Assembly: GCA_030704615.1 (NCBI GenBank)
Contig: CM060731.1
Coordinates: 50,468,001 to 50,532,000, forward strand
Direction of reading: 5' to 3'
Source of the DNA: Takakia lepidozioides
Lineage: Eukaryota > Plantae > Bryophyta
Length of the DNA: 64,000 nucleotides
Position 1 is the first letter of the stretch; each line of letters opens with the position of its first letter. This document shows, piece by piece, positions 1-13,316 of the stretch. The notes under the pieces are model-generated. The model searched no databases and was not told the origin of the DNA. It saw nothing but the letters and a program-made list of their open reading frames with translations. The translations under genes were made by a program, and so were the position numbers.

Positions 1-616
1 GTACTTATCTCACAGTGTTTTATGCATACAGGCTCTTTGGTTTCTCTATGGCAAAGGGAGATGCGACTTCTCCACATCAACAGTCGAACTAGCGTATGGG
101 GATTTGAGCCCCGAACCACTGAGTCCTAACCACGAGCGCCACGCTTAAGCCAGATTGTAAACTGAGCGCTTTATAAAAAGCGGCCCCGTTTCGGCCACGT
201 GGCCCCACGACCGGCTCTGCGCCGGGTTCGTTGTCTGGGGTTGGGGAACTGGCCCGGAAACCGGATACCCCCGGTCATCATACTGCTACAACCGGCTATC
301 CGGAGTGGTAAAGAGGCGGATTTCAGGCTAACGATTTCCACGTGTCGTCAAGCGACTTGCTTATTTGAATTATGTACCTGTACTGTCTTGGCTTTGGGAC
401 ATTTTGGAAGGCGGGACCCATTAGAAAGGGTCCTTTTGGCCCTTTTCCGTCCGGACCTTCAACCAGTAAGTACACGTTGACACGCCGCCCCTCTTCTTCT
501 TCATCGTCACCGTCCTTGGATCGATCTGCCATGGACTCCAACGAAGCTCGTTCCCTTCTGTGGAGGTGTGCCGAGTACCTTGACAAGATCGTTTTGAAGG
601 TGGGAAGAATCCAAGC

Positions 617-772
<156 letters not shown>

Positions 773-1260
773 GAAAAGACAGAACAGTACAGAACAAAAA
801 ACGTGCCTCCCACACACGGAGCGAGCAAAGTTTGATCTGGGTATCCTCCACCTGTTTCACTCATTACACAATCTGTCATCCAAGGGTGTCGATGAATGGA
901 ATCGGTATAGCCCTAGCATAGTCATGTACTGTATCAGGTATTGAAGAATATGGTTTGTAGACAGAACTTGTAGGTACAACTGGTTAAATAATTTGATATG
1001 ACAAGTTTCTGTTGTGTCCACTGTGACGGCGTTGGCCAGTGCGCACATAAGAAAGCCATCTTGTGTTGGGTTCGAATCCCGGTGGGTGTGCAGCCGGCGC
1101 CTGCAGCACCCTCAGAGGTGTTGCCACAGCGCTGTTGGGCAAATAATGTTATTACTATATGAAATGCTGTGTTGGGGCAACTTCAAATTCAAAAGCCCTA
1201 GATAGTGTCGAGGTTGGTGGGATTGAGTTTGATGAGGAATACTTCATAAAGACGACTATG

Positions 1261-1409
1261 GAGAAGCACATGGAGATAACAAGAGAGTTTTACACATATA
1301 TATGTAATGTTTTTTCAAGTGTAATGCGGTGTAGAGAAGCACAGAGAGATAACAAGAGAGAGTTTTACACATATACATGTAATGTTTTTTCAAGTGTAAT
1401 GCGGCGTAG
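1261..1409. repeat. Tandem duplication, 2 x ~74 bp
   Basis: gagaagcaca...gataacaagagag...ttttacacatata(t/c)atgtaatgttttttcaagtgtaatgcgg begins at 1261 and again at 1334. Confidence 0.9.
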
Positions 1410-1683
1410 TCAGCAACTCTCATGCGGAACACCATTTTCACTGATTATGGGTCTTACCGTTGTAACCAATGATATAACGGGACCTTGTCCAAGGAATAAC
1501 AGTATACTAGTTGAGATTGAGAAGAGCGAGGTAGGAGGACCTTGGCACTCAGGATGGTAGTCAAGTAAACTATTCTATCGCATGACATTTGCGAATCAGT
1601 GTCAAACAACTAAGCTTTCCAGCCATCTCGTGACAATGAACTAATATAATCTGACATCTGGCAGAGTCCACTATCTAGTACTA

Positions 1684-2988
1684 TTGATTGCGCGAAGAGA
1701 TACTTTGATCTTTGGGGGTTAGAGGCTAATGTCAGCAAATGTGCAGTGGTAGCATTCAACGACAGAGGAGAGGGAGGAAGTGATCTTGTGGCAGTGGGGT
1801 AGCCAAGAGATCCCGGTCCTCCCTTCCTACACTTACTTGGGCGTTGAGTTTTCCTCCGATTGTAGTTGGGATGCACATATCCGGAAAGTTGTTCAAACTG
1901 GCAAGGGCAAAGCTCTGGGGCTCACTAAATTTTTCCACTGCAGAGGGGGCAACTCTTACGTTAAGAAAACCATGCTTTGTCGTGTTATTAGACCTGCCTT
2001 GGGGTACGCATCTGCAATATGGGTTAATAACTCCAACCAGGCTAAGTCTCTAGAATCCATCATAGTGGGGGTGCTTAAGGAGTGTATGTCAACATGCTCC
2101 AAAACAGCCAATGTGGCTGTTCGGGGTGAGTTTGGTATTCCATCCTTAAGCTCCCAACAAGATGAATTCAAGGTCAGATGGTGGGGTCAGCTGCAACATA
2201 TGCCCAACACCAGATATCTTAAGTTAATTGACTCTATATCTTGGAAACAGGACCGCCCTGTCAAACAGGCTAAGTCCTGACAGAAGAGAGTAAAAGAGAT
2301 TCTCCAGGACCTGGACCTGGAGCTGCAAGTCTTCACCCTGCTGGATAAATCTGACTTAGAGGCTGTAGTGTCCAAAGCCATGTCTGTTGCCATGAGATTG
2401 TCTGATGAAAATGAAGTTAGGTAGAAAACTTCCCTGAACTTGTTTCCAGTCAGTGACATGGGCGAGGACATCTTGGATGACCTCAAGGGTCTACCCACTC
2501 TCGGCACTAGACTGAAATTTAAACTCAGGGCAGGAAGCCTACCTTTGAACAGCAAACAGAAGCAGAGAGGAAAGGGAGAGTGCAATTGCCCGTTGTGTGG
2601 GCAATCTGAAGACAGTATTCATTTTCTGATACACTGTCCGGGGTTCTCTCACCAAAGAGACACTCTCTTCAAATCTATCAAGGGAATTGTGCCTGTACCC
2701 CTGTTTACCAACTTTGAAAGTCCCGAGGCTGAGCCAAAAGCCCAGGCCCTCCTGAGGCCTAATTTTTGGGCCAATGACACACAACAGATTGATGCTTGTG
2801 TGAAGGGATTTCTAGAGGATATCTGGAAAACCCGGATTAATTCTATATATGAAGGTAAGTCTTACTACCAACGTCAGCCCCTGACAGAGGTAGGTTCTGT
2901 CCCTTTTGTTCCCGCTCAAACTGGGCGCGGGGTCAATGGCCACAAGGCTACGGCAAACAACGTCTTATGAGTACAATCTCTCTCTCTC
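1684..2988 (+). mobile_element. Non-LTR retrotransposon (LINE; RTE/RTEX-like, clade tentative), 5'-truncated decayed copy 1
   Basis: Colinear with 13665-14960. Encodes the RT C-terminus and a CCHC motif (CPLCGQSEDSIHFLIHC). Carries a small deletion near 1787 and stops at 2278 and 2422. Ends ...gtcttatgagtacaa followed by (TC)6. Confidence 0.92.
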
Positions 2989-3060
2989 GAAAGCCCAAAA
3001 TAATTGACACACTACTGGAGTGAGATCCACAGGTAGTGTCTATTCCCTATGTTTCCATCA

Positions 3061-3826
3061 AAACTGGGCGCAAGGTCTATGGCCACAAGGCTACGACAAA
3101 CAAAGTCTTATATGTGTTGTGGGAGAATGTACTCATAAGACTTCACATATATAGTCACATATATACCCTGTCCCATATCCAGAGTGATGGGTAGACATGT
3201 CATGCTTGCCATTTCTAGGATACCTGCAGGGTTATAAAAACAAAAACCAATTACCCTGTAACCGGGCTATTAAGTTTGCATGCAGACAAGTGCTTCTGTG
3301 AGCACCTTAATTGTAGTTCAGGAAAATATATTTGTCCCTGCAGCCAAGCTGCGGGGATAAACTAAACCCTGGTGGTGTGAAGTGTGAACCCCACAAAAGG
3401 CTCCGGGCGGGGAAACTGGTCCAAGGCCGTAAGGCTATGGCAAGCCAATGTTTGCAGGGAGCGGTAAGAGTACACTCTGCCCTATGGTGGGTTTGAACCC
3501 TACAGAAGGCTCTGGGAGGGTTAGTTTCCCGCGGGTCCACGGTCGTAAAGCTAACATTCCCAGGGATTGGCATGAGTACATTCTCTCAACTGCCGTAAAG
3601 AAGTAAGGCATAAAACTTCCTGTTTCCAGTTTGCAACACGGGTGAGGGTCAAGGCTGAGCCTAACGCCCTGGCCCTATTGGGGTCTAATTGCTGGGCAGC
3701 CCACCCACAGCAGACTGATGCTTATGTGAAGGGCTTTCAGAGGAAATCTAGAAAGCCTGTGCTTATTATTTATATCAAGGTTTGAAGTCCCCTACTGGAC
3801 ACTCCGTAGCCTTGTGGCCATAGACT
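3061..3826. mobile_element. Cluster of short LINE 3'-end fragments and relatives in both orientations
   Basis: 3061-3110 (+) aaactgggcgcaaggtctatggccacaaggctacg; 3122-3141 (-) gtcttatgagtacattctc; two ~105-bp units in 3372-3588 ending gagtaca(c/t)tct; 3612-3790 a diverged match to the LINE 3' coding region; 3805-3826 (-) ctatggccacaaggctacg. Confidence 0.75.
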
Positions 3827-3928
3827 CACTAGAGCGCCACCAGTAGTGCAACCAATGCTATGCTTCATGCCTACGTAAAGGTAGAGAGCTGACCGCAGAG
3901 CTGGAATCAGTACACACTCTCTCGTATG

Positions 3929-4588
3929 TCACCTTGTCAAGGCTACTGTCCCACCATTGTGAAGTATATTGTAAAAACGTAAAAACTCCTGCCCGCACTG
4001 TTCCATGCTCCAGCGTTGACCTACATGCCAGATATACCGATTATGGGCCTTGCCTGACCATCCCGTGCGCTCTCTTGATTTTATGCTCAGAGTACATTCG
4101 TTTCTGCTGAATTGCTCGAAAGCCAATCCCGAGCCTGATCCGACGTGCATACATACAATACAGCGACACCAAATAAGAGAACCGCGAAGCGTTTCGTGTT
4201 ATTACATAAATGGAATGGCATCCCTGAAGGCGCCATAGCCACCCTATGCAAGGGACTACGTCCTCTGCGCATTGCCAAACGCGCTGATGCTTTCAGCTCC
4301 ACAGCCCAGCCCTGTACTCCACTACATCGCACGAGGCCTCTCGCATGACAGAGAGATGATGCACTGTAAAATGTGCAAGCAATATCCTTGTCGTCAAAGA
4401 CCATGTGCCGGGCCTGAATGGAAAAGCATGAAGAGAGAAAAGCATGAAGAGAGAAAAGCAATAGTGGGGCCCCCCTCGTCTAATGATGTTCTCAGAAGAG
4501 AGGAGATGCACTACGTCAAGTCGTTGCTGTCGCTTGAACTCTGCTCAGAACACGTGTAGCGTCAGTCCATCTCAAACCAATCCACAAT
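3929..4588 (-). repeat. Dispersed repeat family, copy C (inverted relative to copies A and B)
   Basis: Reverse complement matches ~38250-39210 and ~41420-42140 (e.g. tcaccttgtcaaggctac / gtagccttgacaaggtga). Lacks the 38405-38797 segment. Confidence 0.92.
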
Positions 4589-4698
4589 TATCGAGTCAGG
4601 TGTAAATTCCGCCCCGCTCTATTATTGTGGTTTCTATTAATTAATTGATTCATGTTTGCTGTTTTTATTTGGGGGCCCTGCCTTTGCAAAGCCCACTA

Positions 4699-5393
4699 AG
4701 GTAGAAACACCTAAAATGGATCATTTAAGAAATGTGTGCAGTTTCAGGTGTGCAGTGTAGTCGTATATATTTTTCTGATGTGGGCACATAGAAATGAAAT
4801 TTAATACAAAATAAATAATAAATAAATTCCGAATTATTTTGTAATATTGGTGAATATCCAATGTGAAATCATGGAATAACCTTGAATGGACCAGTAGGGG
4901 GTACTAGTTTGAACAGCAAGTACACTTTGTCTAGAGCCAAAGGTGCCCAAAAAGTGTGCATCCTCTTTCACTTTAGTGATTAAACAACATAGTAACATGG
5001 ACCATGTCACTCAACTAACATAACCATTTATTGACCTTAAAATAACCTCCCACCTTAAAGAAAATGGAGCTCAAGGTCCATTTGGATTAAACTCAATCCT
5101 GATCGTTGATCTAGGTGAAACTCAATTGGGATCGTTGATCACGGAATGTGATCCACTTGCCTACATGTTAAGATTCATTCTTCCTGTCTCCACTTAATAA
5201 TGCTCTCAAAGTGCGCGCCGGTGGTTATTAACTTGTTCATTAAGTGGTGTCAAAAGGTTCATTGGAGTTCCATTTGGCCCACCACATGACCTAATTTGGA
5301 CCACTTGCGATCAAAGCACCTTTTACAGATGGCATATGGTTTTATGTATTTTTCTAGGGGTAAGCTTTGCCTCCATTTTAGGTGTTTCTACCT
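4699..5393. mobile_element. MITE, 695 bp, perfect 22-bp TIRs, TA target duplication (Tc1/mariner-like; PIF/Harbinger not excluded)
   Basis: aggtagaaacacctaaaatgga (4699-4720) is the reverse complement of tccattttaggtgtttctacct (5372-5393). TA lies on both sides (4697-98, 5394-95). AT-rich non-coding interior. Confidence 0.85.
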
Positions 5394-6328
5394 TATTTAT
5401 TAATTTAGTAGGTAGTAAGTTAGTAGGTAGTAAGAAAGGGGGGGCTCCCTTATATACCCTATGAGGGCGGTGGGACCCTTCTAGAAGCCCCTCGACCTTG
5501 GGACCTTCTGTAAGGCCCTGGACACATGTCAACCCTACAAGACTCCCTGGCCAATTCCTCCCTTCTTTTTTTGGACCCCCTCATCTCATTCCTAGGCCTT
5601 CCTACATAAACGCCCCACTCTAATTCATGGGCCACAGTAATTCTTGGACCACTCTAGAATCAGGGCCTTCCTTCTTTGCATTGTTCCTTCTTTCCCTGCA
5701 CTTGCAATGTGATCGCAGCACCTGAGCCGAGAGATGGCCTCCCCTGCATTGCTTCCACGCTAGGCTTACGTCTGTTTCATGAAAGGTAGTTGAGGTCCCA
5801 AGAGCCCCTAGAAGACTGCCATGTCAGCATGATGTAGTGGTTATGGACACTAGTGTAGTGGTTAATATGTACCCTAATTTTTATTTTTTTTAAAACGACG
5901 TGTCCACATCCCATCTCCGCCATTGGATTGACGTGGACCGTCGGATGCAACCCGGCACTTGGACAACCTCATGTCTCTCACGCGAGCATACTAAGTATGT
6001 GTGCTTCGTTTTTTCAGCTTCCTAGGCTTGTGAGGGCGTTTTGTTGTGAGTGACCCGGGCGATTGTGGGAGAGTAGAGAGAAAAAAAGACCCCCGCATAC
6101 TGCCCGCTATGTGTGGAACGGCCCAGTGCAAAGGAGTACTCGTTTGAGGGAGAGGAGTCATGTTCACATTGGGGTGGCGGAGAAGGAGTCCAACGACTTG
6201 GAGACTAACCCGGGGGAGGATAGTGGAGCGACGCCTAGTGCTTACTACTCAGCAGAGAGCAAGAGCACAGACGAGGAGGAAGACCAGAGTGCTGAGAAGA
6301 TCGTCGTTCGCATGACTCCTTCCAAGCG

Positions 6329-7056
6329 TGTCGCGCACCTCACTTCGGTAAGATCCCCCTCAAGTCATAGTTACTCGCTTTGATGCGCGCGCCTGACTCC
6401 CAACCTGACTCCCAACCGGGCCAACTTGGAGCTTCGGCTGCTCACCGGGGCATAACGGTCCCCCTTTGTTCTCCCAAAGAACCCTCCACCGATTTGGAAC
6501 CAGCGGGAATTCCCTTTGGTAGTTGGCAGTCCGGAACAGCTCCCCACTCTTTGGTCGCTTTCCGGCTCGCTCACTTACTCACTAGTTTTTGGTCACCAAC
6601 GGGCTTGCACCGTTCTCGGGGTTACTACTCCCTATATATACTTCTGTAGCTGTCCGTGGGGGTTTCACAACCAGCCATGCCATTTTATGGCGAACCACCA
6701 CGGAAACCCTCGACTCCCGGTGATGAGTCGCGGTGAGTCTTGGCCCACTCACCACGGCCCCTATGGACTGTGATGAGTCCCAAGACTCCCCACAACTCCC
6801 ACCACGAGTTCTCCGCCCCCATGGTGAGTCCTATGCCACCCCCACTAAGTCCCGCTAAACTACCACCACCCCTTGTGGAGCCCACCGCAACCCGGTGTGC
6901 GGGGTTCCACCTAGTGAGCGCCTCCGCTTCCCTGAGCGCCTTGGGCACTCAAGGGTGCTTCAGACCCCCCCATACCTATCACTGCCGCTGCCCCCACCAC
7001 AGGGGCAGCCCCTTATGTGTCCCGACCCCCTGCCCTCAAGGCAAAGGGCCGCGACA
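6329..7056 (-). repeat. 3' LTR
   Basis: tgtcgcgc...ccgcgaca. Differs from the other LTR by about 8 substitutions and 3 small indel regions (counted by eye). Confidence 0.97.
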
Positions 7057-7068
7057 CACACCCCTACC
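7057..7068 (-). promoter_or_regulatory. Polypurine tract
   Basis: GGTAGGGGTGTG on the minus strand directly abutting the 3' LTR. Confidence 0.8.
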
Positions 7069-7978
7069 AACAGGGAGTCGATGTCCTCATCGACTTGTCC
7101 ATTTTGTAGAAACGAACATCCAAGTTGTGGCGTCCCACATCAAGGAGTTTGTTTCCGCACCATGGCGTCCCATGGCAAAGAACCAAACCCCACACTTGAC
7201 TCTACTCTCCACTAGCTAGTTCGGCCGATTTCCTCCAAGTCCCGGCCAAGGGTGGAGCCTCTCTAGCTCCTCCCAGTGCACTCTTCTTGGCCTACTTCAA
7301 GGCCAAGGAACGATCCTCCCCGAGGATCGAATCGCATTACTGCAACAACATTGCTTGCGACCGCTCATGATGCCGCTTTTGGCATCACCTTGAGCAAGGG
7401 TTCCATGGAACCCTCTTTGACTAGGAAGATAACCTTGAACCAACTGTGCGCCCCAATCACTACAATTGGGTCCGCCTTGGAATGCTGGCCTGAGGTACGG
7501 GAACACGCGAAGCCGCACTACGACTTCGTCCCGAGGCTACACGATTATAGTACGTGAACGTAAGCACGTAGCTTCCATGTTAACCCGTAGCTTCCACGTT
7601 AGCCCGCACTACAAGGCAACCCCCTCGGTAGCGCAGTTATAGTACGCGCACGAGCCAAGTGCGCACTAGCACGTGAACTCCCAAAGAAGGCGCAAGTTTC
7701 CTTGCCCTTTGGATGGGGGTCACCCGATTTCGGCACTACGCAAACACACAATTAACCCAATTTACCTCTCCCACTTTTATAAGCTAGCATGCATTCTACA
7801 CACTAGCCAACCATACCATGCATCACCATTCCAAACAAAATAGGACGCACAACATTTGGAAGCCATTTCATTTATAGCACGTTTTGTACAATACAAGTTT
7901 TTGCAATCGGATTCCTAAGCTAGCTAAGCCGGGCTAAGCATGCATTTCCTCCCCCACGCTCCAAGGTTGATGTCCCCA

Positions 7979-10900
7979 TCAACGCTTCTTCCGCTTTTGA
8001 GGTCGCCCTTCGAAAGCTGCAACCGCCTCGGATGCGTTTCCCATTTCTGAGGCACGCACCCAAGATGCCTCCACATGATGATAGCCCTTCCATTTGACGA
8101 GATACTCCGTTTCTCGGTTCTTGAACCTCCTCGACTTAAGTATTGCCTCCACCTCGTACTCAGGTTCATTTTCATGATCCAACAGCATAGGTGGCGGACG
8201 CAACACTTGATGCCGATTCGGACGCGCTTCATCTTTGAAGTAAGGCTTCAAAAGAGAGACATGGAATACTAGGTGCACCTTGCTGTTTGCCGGCAGCTCC
8301 AATTCATACACATCCTCATTCATAACCTTCCGAATGCGAAAGGGGCCCGCATACGGAGGTACGAACTTTGGACTCACTTCCGGAGGTAGTCGGAAATTCT
8401 TGATGTTCAACCAGACCTCTGTGCCTGCCTCAAACTTCACTTCCCTCCGCTTCCGATTCGCCTGCCTTTCATACCGTTTCCTAGCTTTGGCAATGTTGTA
8501 CTTTGCGAGCTTCAACAAACGCTCGCGTTCTTCCAGTACTGCCGCTACTGCCGGTTCCTCAACGTCCTGGGCGGCCCAACTTGTTGGCACCAGAGGTGCT
8601 TTTCCATAGACCAATACGAAAGGGGAAACTCCCGTTGCGGAGTGTTCTGTGTTATTATAACAGAACTCTGCCGCGTCTAAGTGTTTCACCCAGTCTGTTT
8701 GGTCTGCCGACACGTAATTCCGCAAGATCTGCTTCACTACGGAATTCACTCTTTCTGTTTGGCCGTCGGTCGTAGGTCGGAAGGTGGTGCTCATCTTCAG
8801 CCTCGTCCCCATCTTCTTCCAAAGTGCCCTCCAAAATTTACTCGTAAACTTTGGATCGCGGTCCGAGACAATATCCTTCGGGACTCCATGATGCTTTAAG
8901 ACGTGGGCGAAGTAAAGTCGCCCTGTCTCCTGTGCCGTTGCCGTCTCCTTGGTGGGGATGAAATGGCCCATTTTACTGAACCTATCCACATGATTGCATC
9001 GAATCATTTTGACAACGGCATAGCAGTGATGAAATCCATCGAGACGCTTTCCCAAGTCCCCTCTGGAATCGGCAAGGGTTGTAACAGCCCCGCTTGCTTT
9101 TTGTACTCGCTCCGGTTTTGTTGGCATGTGGTGCATGTCTTGACATACTCCTCTGCCTCCTCCCTCAGTTTGGGCCAGAAATACTCTTTCTTCAAGAGTG
9201 CCGCGTGCGCTTGGCTCCGTCGTGGCCCGCAAGCGGGCTATCATGGCATTCTCTCAAGAGACTATCTCTGATCCCTCCCTTCGGCACGTAGAGACGTTTT
9301 TGCTTATACCGGAGCAGTCCATTTTGCAAGTGGAACTGCGATTTAACCCCCATCCTCAAGTCCTGCATCACGCACTTCGCCAGCTCATCCTTCCGGCAAG
9401 CCTTTCGGATCTTCCTTTGGAGCGCCGTCTCGCCCTTGTACACCAACAAGAGCTGCTGCTTTCTACTTAAAGCATCGGCCACCACGTTGTCTCGTCCCGG
9501 TTTGTACTGGATATCCACGTCGAACACCGCCAAAGTATCTTGCCACCTAAGTTGTTTTGGGGACAACTTGGGCTGCGTGGCAAAATACTTCACCGTGACA
9601 TTGTCCGTGAACACCTTCACTGGGTTGGAACCAACATAGTGGCGCCAAAGCTCAAGACAGTAGTCCACCGCCTTCATCTCTTTCTCGTGCGTCGGCCACC
9701 GTCGCTCCACTTCATTCAGTTTCTTACTTTCGTAAGCCACTGGACGTCCATCTTGCATCAGTACACCCCCAATTGCGAAGTCCGACGCATCTGTATGTAT
9801 CTCGAACGGACGATCGAACTCCGGGATTTTCAAGACTGGAGCTTCCGCCATCCGCTGCTTCAATTCAGCAAAAGCTTGGCCACAAAAGGTGTTCCATGCC
9901 CAGACTTTAGATTTACACAGAAGGTCTGACAGCGGACCCGCGATCTTTGGCAAATTTCTCACATACTTCCGGTAATAGGAGGCGAGTCCTAGGAAGGATC
10001 GCACTCCCGGGACCGAAGTCGGAGGCTCCCAGTCCAAAATCGCCCTCACCTTTCTGTCATCCATTTTGATCCCATCTTGTGTAATCACATGCCCCAAGAA
10101 CTCCACTTTCGTGACCCCGAATTCGCACTTTGAAGCTTTGGCATACAGCTTCCCTTCCCGCAACTTTTGGAACACCCTTTTGAGGTGCTCCAGGTGCTCC
10201 TCCTTTGTTTTCGAGTACACCAAGATGTCGTCGATGTACACGATCACAAAGTCATCCAACCACTCCTGAAAAAGGCTGTTCATTAGCGTGCTAAAGGTTA
10301 CAGGTGCATTGGTGAGCCCAAAAGGCATCACCAAGAACTCATATGAACCATACCTTGTCCTGCACGCGGTCTTCTCCTCATCTCCTTCCGCCACCCGAAT
10401 TTGATGATAGCCGGAGCGCAAGTCGATCCGGCTGAAATACTTCGCTCCTGCCAACCGGTCGAAAAGGTCGTCGATCCTTGGCAAAGGGTACCGGTTTTTA
10501 ATAGTCACCTTATTCAAAGCCCTGTAATCGACACACATCCGCAGCGTCCCATCCTTCTTGTCTGCGAATAGCACCGGGGCTCCGTAAGGTGACTTACTCG
10601 GCCGGATGTACCCCTTTGACATTAGATCCTTGAGCTGAGTCTTCAGCTCGACCAACTCCCTGTGGCTCAACCGGTAGGGTGCCTTGGCAGGCGGTTCCGA
10701 TCCCGGTATCACCTCAATCTTGTGGTCAACTCCTCTTCGCGGTGGCAAGCCGCTTGGTAAATCTTCCGGCATCACATCTTGGTATTTCTCCAAAATCCCC
10801 TTGATCCAATCTGGGCTCGGCTCCCCATCGCCTTCTCCTTTCACTTCTCTAATGTAAAGCAAAAACTGGGGCTCGTGTGCCTCCTCCACGGCCCACTCCC

Positions 10901-11147
10901 TTGCTGACAGAAGGTTTATTCGCCCTCCCACGGATTTGGGCGTTTCCGACACTCGTAAGACCTCGCCACCATTTCCACATGGCAGCGTGACTACTCTCTT
11001 GCGGCCATCTATGACCGCTCCGGATTTGCTCAAAAAGGTCATCCCCAAAATGAGATCCACTCCATCGATCTCGCAGATGGTGAAGTTCTCACGTCCCTCC
11101 CAACTCCCCAGTTGAAGAGGAACATCAAACGCCAACCTTGTCGCCAT
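7979..11147 (-). pseudogene. pol: pol: C-terminal half of protease, RT, RNase H, integrase, chromodomain (disrupted)
   Basis: RT YIDD motif; RNase H TDAS; integrase HD...H/C..C zinc motif, SDRDPKF and DGQTERVN; chromodomain YEVEAIL...YLVKWKGY...ASW. Frameshift near 9200, stop plus deletion near 9004. Confidence 0.95.
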
Positions 11148-12534
11148 CTATGATTCTCCTTTGGCAGAACGCACCTCAATAGAGGCCCCCACGTCACTTG
11201 TCGGGAGTCCCAACTTTCGCGCCGCCGCCGGCGTCATGAAGGAGTGCGACGCTCCTGTGTCCACCAACAACGACACGTTAGTTCCGGATATTATCCCATC
11301 CACAAACAATAACTGACTCCATTTACGCAGGGCGCCAGTTTCCTGATACAACTCACAAGAATAGTTGCCTACCTTGCAAGTCCTGGCGACCACCGCTTCC
11401 ACCAAGCGACTGATGGTATCTTCCGACAGTTCCGTGGTTGCCCAAGTCATGTTCAATTGTCGAGGTTTCGTGCACTTCTTGGCCATGTGCCCGGGCTCCC
11501 CGCAATTGAAACACACTCCATCAAATGTCACCTTTTGTCCGCCATAAGCCGCTCCACCCGCTTTTCCTTTCGAAGCACCGGGTGCCGCCTTGACGTGTGA
11601 AGGACCTCCCTTCGATTTCCACGTGCCATTGTCGCCGCGTGGCCTATCCCACTTCTTTTCCGGTCGGAAGGAGTCACCTTCCCGCCGGGTCTTCTTGTGG
11701 TTCAGCTCCGTACGGCCTTGTCTCTCACCCCTAGGGACATCCGAGAAACATTCAGCCCTCTCAATTGCCTCGTTCAAAGTCTTGGGTGGCTTCTCCTCCA
11801 ACTTCCGCCTGGCCCATGGGGCCAGTCCCGCCACAAAGTTGAAGACCATTTCTGGTTCTGCCATGTCCGCGACTTCGAGCAACAGCACATTGAAAGCCTG
11901 GACATACCCCCGAATGTCATCTGTTTGCTTCAAATTCCTCATCTTGTCCCGGGCAAGCCAGGACGCGTTGAGGGGCACAAACTGTCTCTTCATCAATTCC
12001 TTGAACCCACTCCAGTTCAAGGTTTCCGGGCTTGGACCTCGGTCGTGAAGGCGTTTCTGCCACCATTGTTGAGCATAGCCCCTCAAATAGGTGGGAGCCA
12101 CTTCCACCCGATCCTCGTCACTCAACTTGGCCGCCCGGAAGTATTGCTCTAGCTCCAGGAGCCAGGTGTTGAGTGCCTTCCGATTTTGGACGCCCTCGAA
12201 GGTGCCGGGTTCCTTAGGCTTCACCTTAAACTTTGCCTTAGTGGAAGTGGCATTAGCCGCCTTCAACACGTCTTTCAACGTCCCGCCAAACTGCGCCAAC
12301 AACCCTTCCCAAAAGGCTGCCGGCATGGGAGGCATCTCTTGGTTTGTCGGAGCTCTCAAGGATTCCTCGGGCTCTGACTCCTCGGATTCCTCCCGCTCTT
12401 GAGCAGCCTCGTTTTCGGAAACATGCATCGCTTCCTCAAACGGCCGCCTCGGTGACACGTCGCCCCCATCGGGCTCACCAGGATCATCATCTTTTGGGCC
12501 GTTCCGCTTTCGCTTCGGCTTGCCCGACCCCATG
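11148..12534 (-). CDS. gag: gag plus N-terminal half of aspartic protease
   Basis: Retrotransposon gag core, CCHC knuckle CFNCGEPGHMAKKC, protease active site LVDTGASHSF. Ends at an in-frame TAG inside the protease. Start placed at the first ATG after the PBS (approximate). Confidence 0.9.
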
Positions 12535-12574
12535 ATGAGGCTAATCCCAAGGACGATCGCGTACTCAACTCTAA

Positions 12575-12586
12575 GCTCTGATACCA
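12575..12586 (-). promoter_or_regulatory. Primer-binding site, tRNA-iMet
   Basis: TGGTATCAGAGC, 2 nt inside the 5' LTR. Confidence 0.95.
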
Positions 12587-12588
12587 AG

Positions 12589-13316
12589 TGTCGCGCACCT
12601 CACTTCGGTAAGATCCCCCTCAAGTCATAGTTACTCGCTTTGATGCGCGCGCCTGACTCCCAACCTGGCCGCCAGGCCAACTTGGAGCTTCGGCTGCTCA
12701 CCGGGGCATAACGGTCCCCCTTTGTTCTCCCAAAGAACCCTCCACCGATTTGGAACCAGCGGGAATTCCCTTTGGTAGTTGGCAGTCCGGAACAGCTCCC
12801 CACTCTTTGGTCGCTTTCCGGCTCGCTCGCTTCCTCACTAGTTTTTGGTCACCAACGGGCTTGCACCGTTCTCGGGGTTACTACTCCCTATATATACTTC
12901 TGTAGCTGTCCGCGGGGGTTTCACAACCAGCCATGCCATTTTATGGCGAACCACCACGGAAACCCTCGACTCCCGGTGATGAGTCGCGGTGAGTCTTGGC
13001 CCACTCACCACGGCCCCTATGGACTGTGATGAGTCCCAAGACTCCCCACGACTCCCACCACGAGTTCTCCGCCCCCATGGTGAGTTTTATGCCACCCCCA
13101 CTAAGTCCCGCTAAGCTACCACCACCCCTTGTGGAGCCACCCCCACCGCAACCCGGTGTGCGGGGTTCCACCTAGTGAGCGCCTCCGCTTCCCTGAGCGC
13201 CTTGGGCACTCAAGGGTGCTTCAGCCCCCCCATACCTATCACTGCCGCTGCCCCCATCACAGGGGCAGCCCCTTATGTGTCCCGACCCCCTGCCCTCAAG
13301 GCAAAGGGCCGCGACA
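12589..13316 (-). repeat. 5' LTR
   Basis: 728-bp match to 6329-7056, adjacent to the PBS. Confidence 0.97.

Larger units (their letters stand above)
6329..13316 (-). mobile_element. Full-length Ty3/gypsy chromovirus LTR retrotransposon (Galadriel-like), decayed
   Basis: Two 728-bp TG...CA LTRs; TSD AAGCG at 6324-6328 and 13317-13321; tRNA-iMet PBS; PPT; gag-PR-RT-RH-INT-chromodomain order. RNase H motif [15 protein letters not shown] resembles the Galadriel clade. Confidence 0.97.

Noticed and set aside
85-165. tRNA-like sequence on the minus strand (ggggctcaaatcccc arm)
   Set aside because: Only a T-arm-like hairpin; no convincing A-box or cloverleaf.
1017-1090. tRNA gene suggested by gggttcgaatccc
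   Set aside because: A B-box is present but D and anticodon arms cannot be formed. At most a decayed SINE head.
3170-3600. Telomerase RNA gene (CTAAACCCT at ~3362, USE-like gtcccatatcc, TATA)
   Set aside because: USE-TATA spacing is far too long for a plant snRNA-type promoter, and the downstream sequence is explained by LINE-related modules.
11145-11153. In-frame TAG between the gag and pol ORFs as programmed readthrough
   Set aside because: The stop falls inside the protease domain, after the DTG active site, and pol carries other lesions. A CAG-to-TAG decay mutation is simpler.
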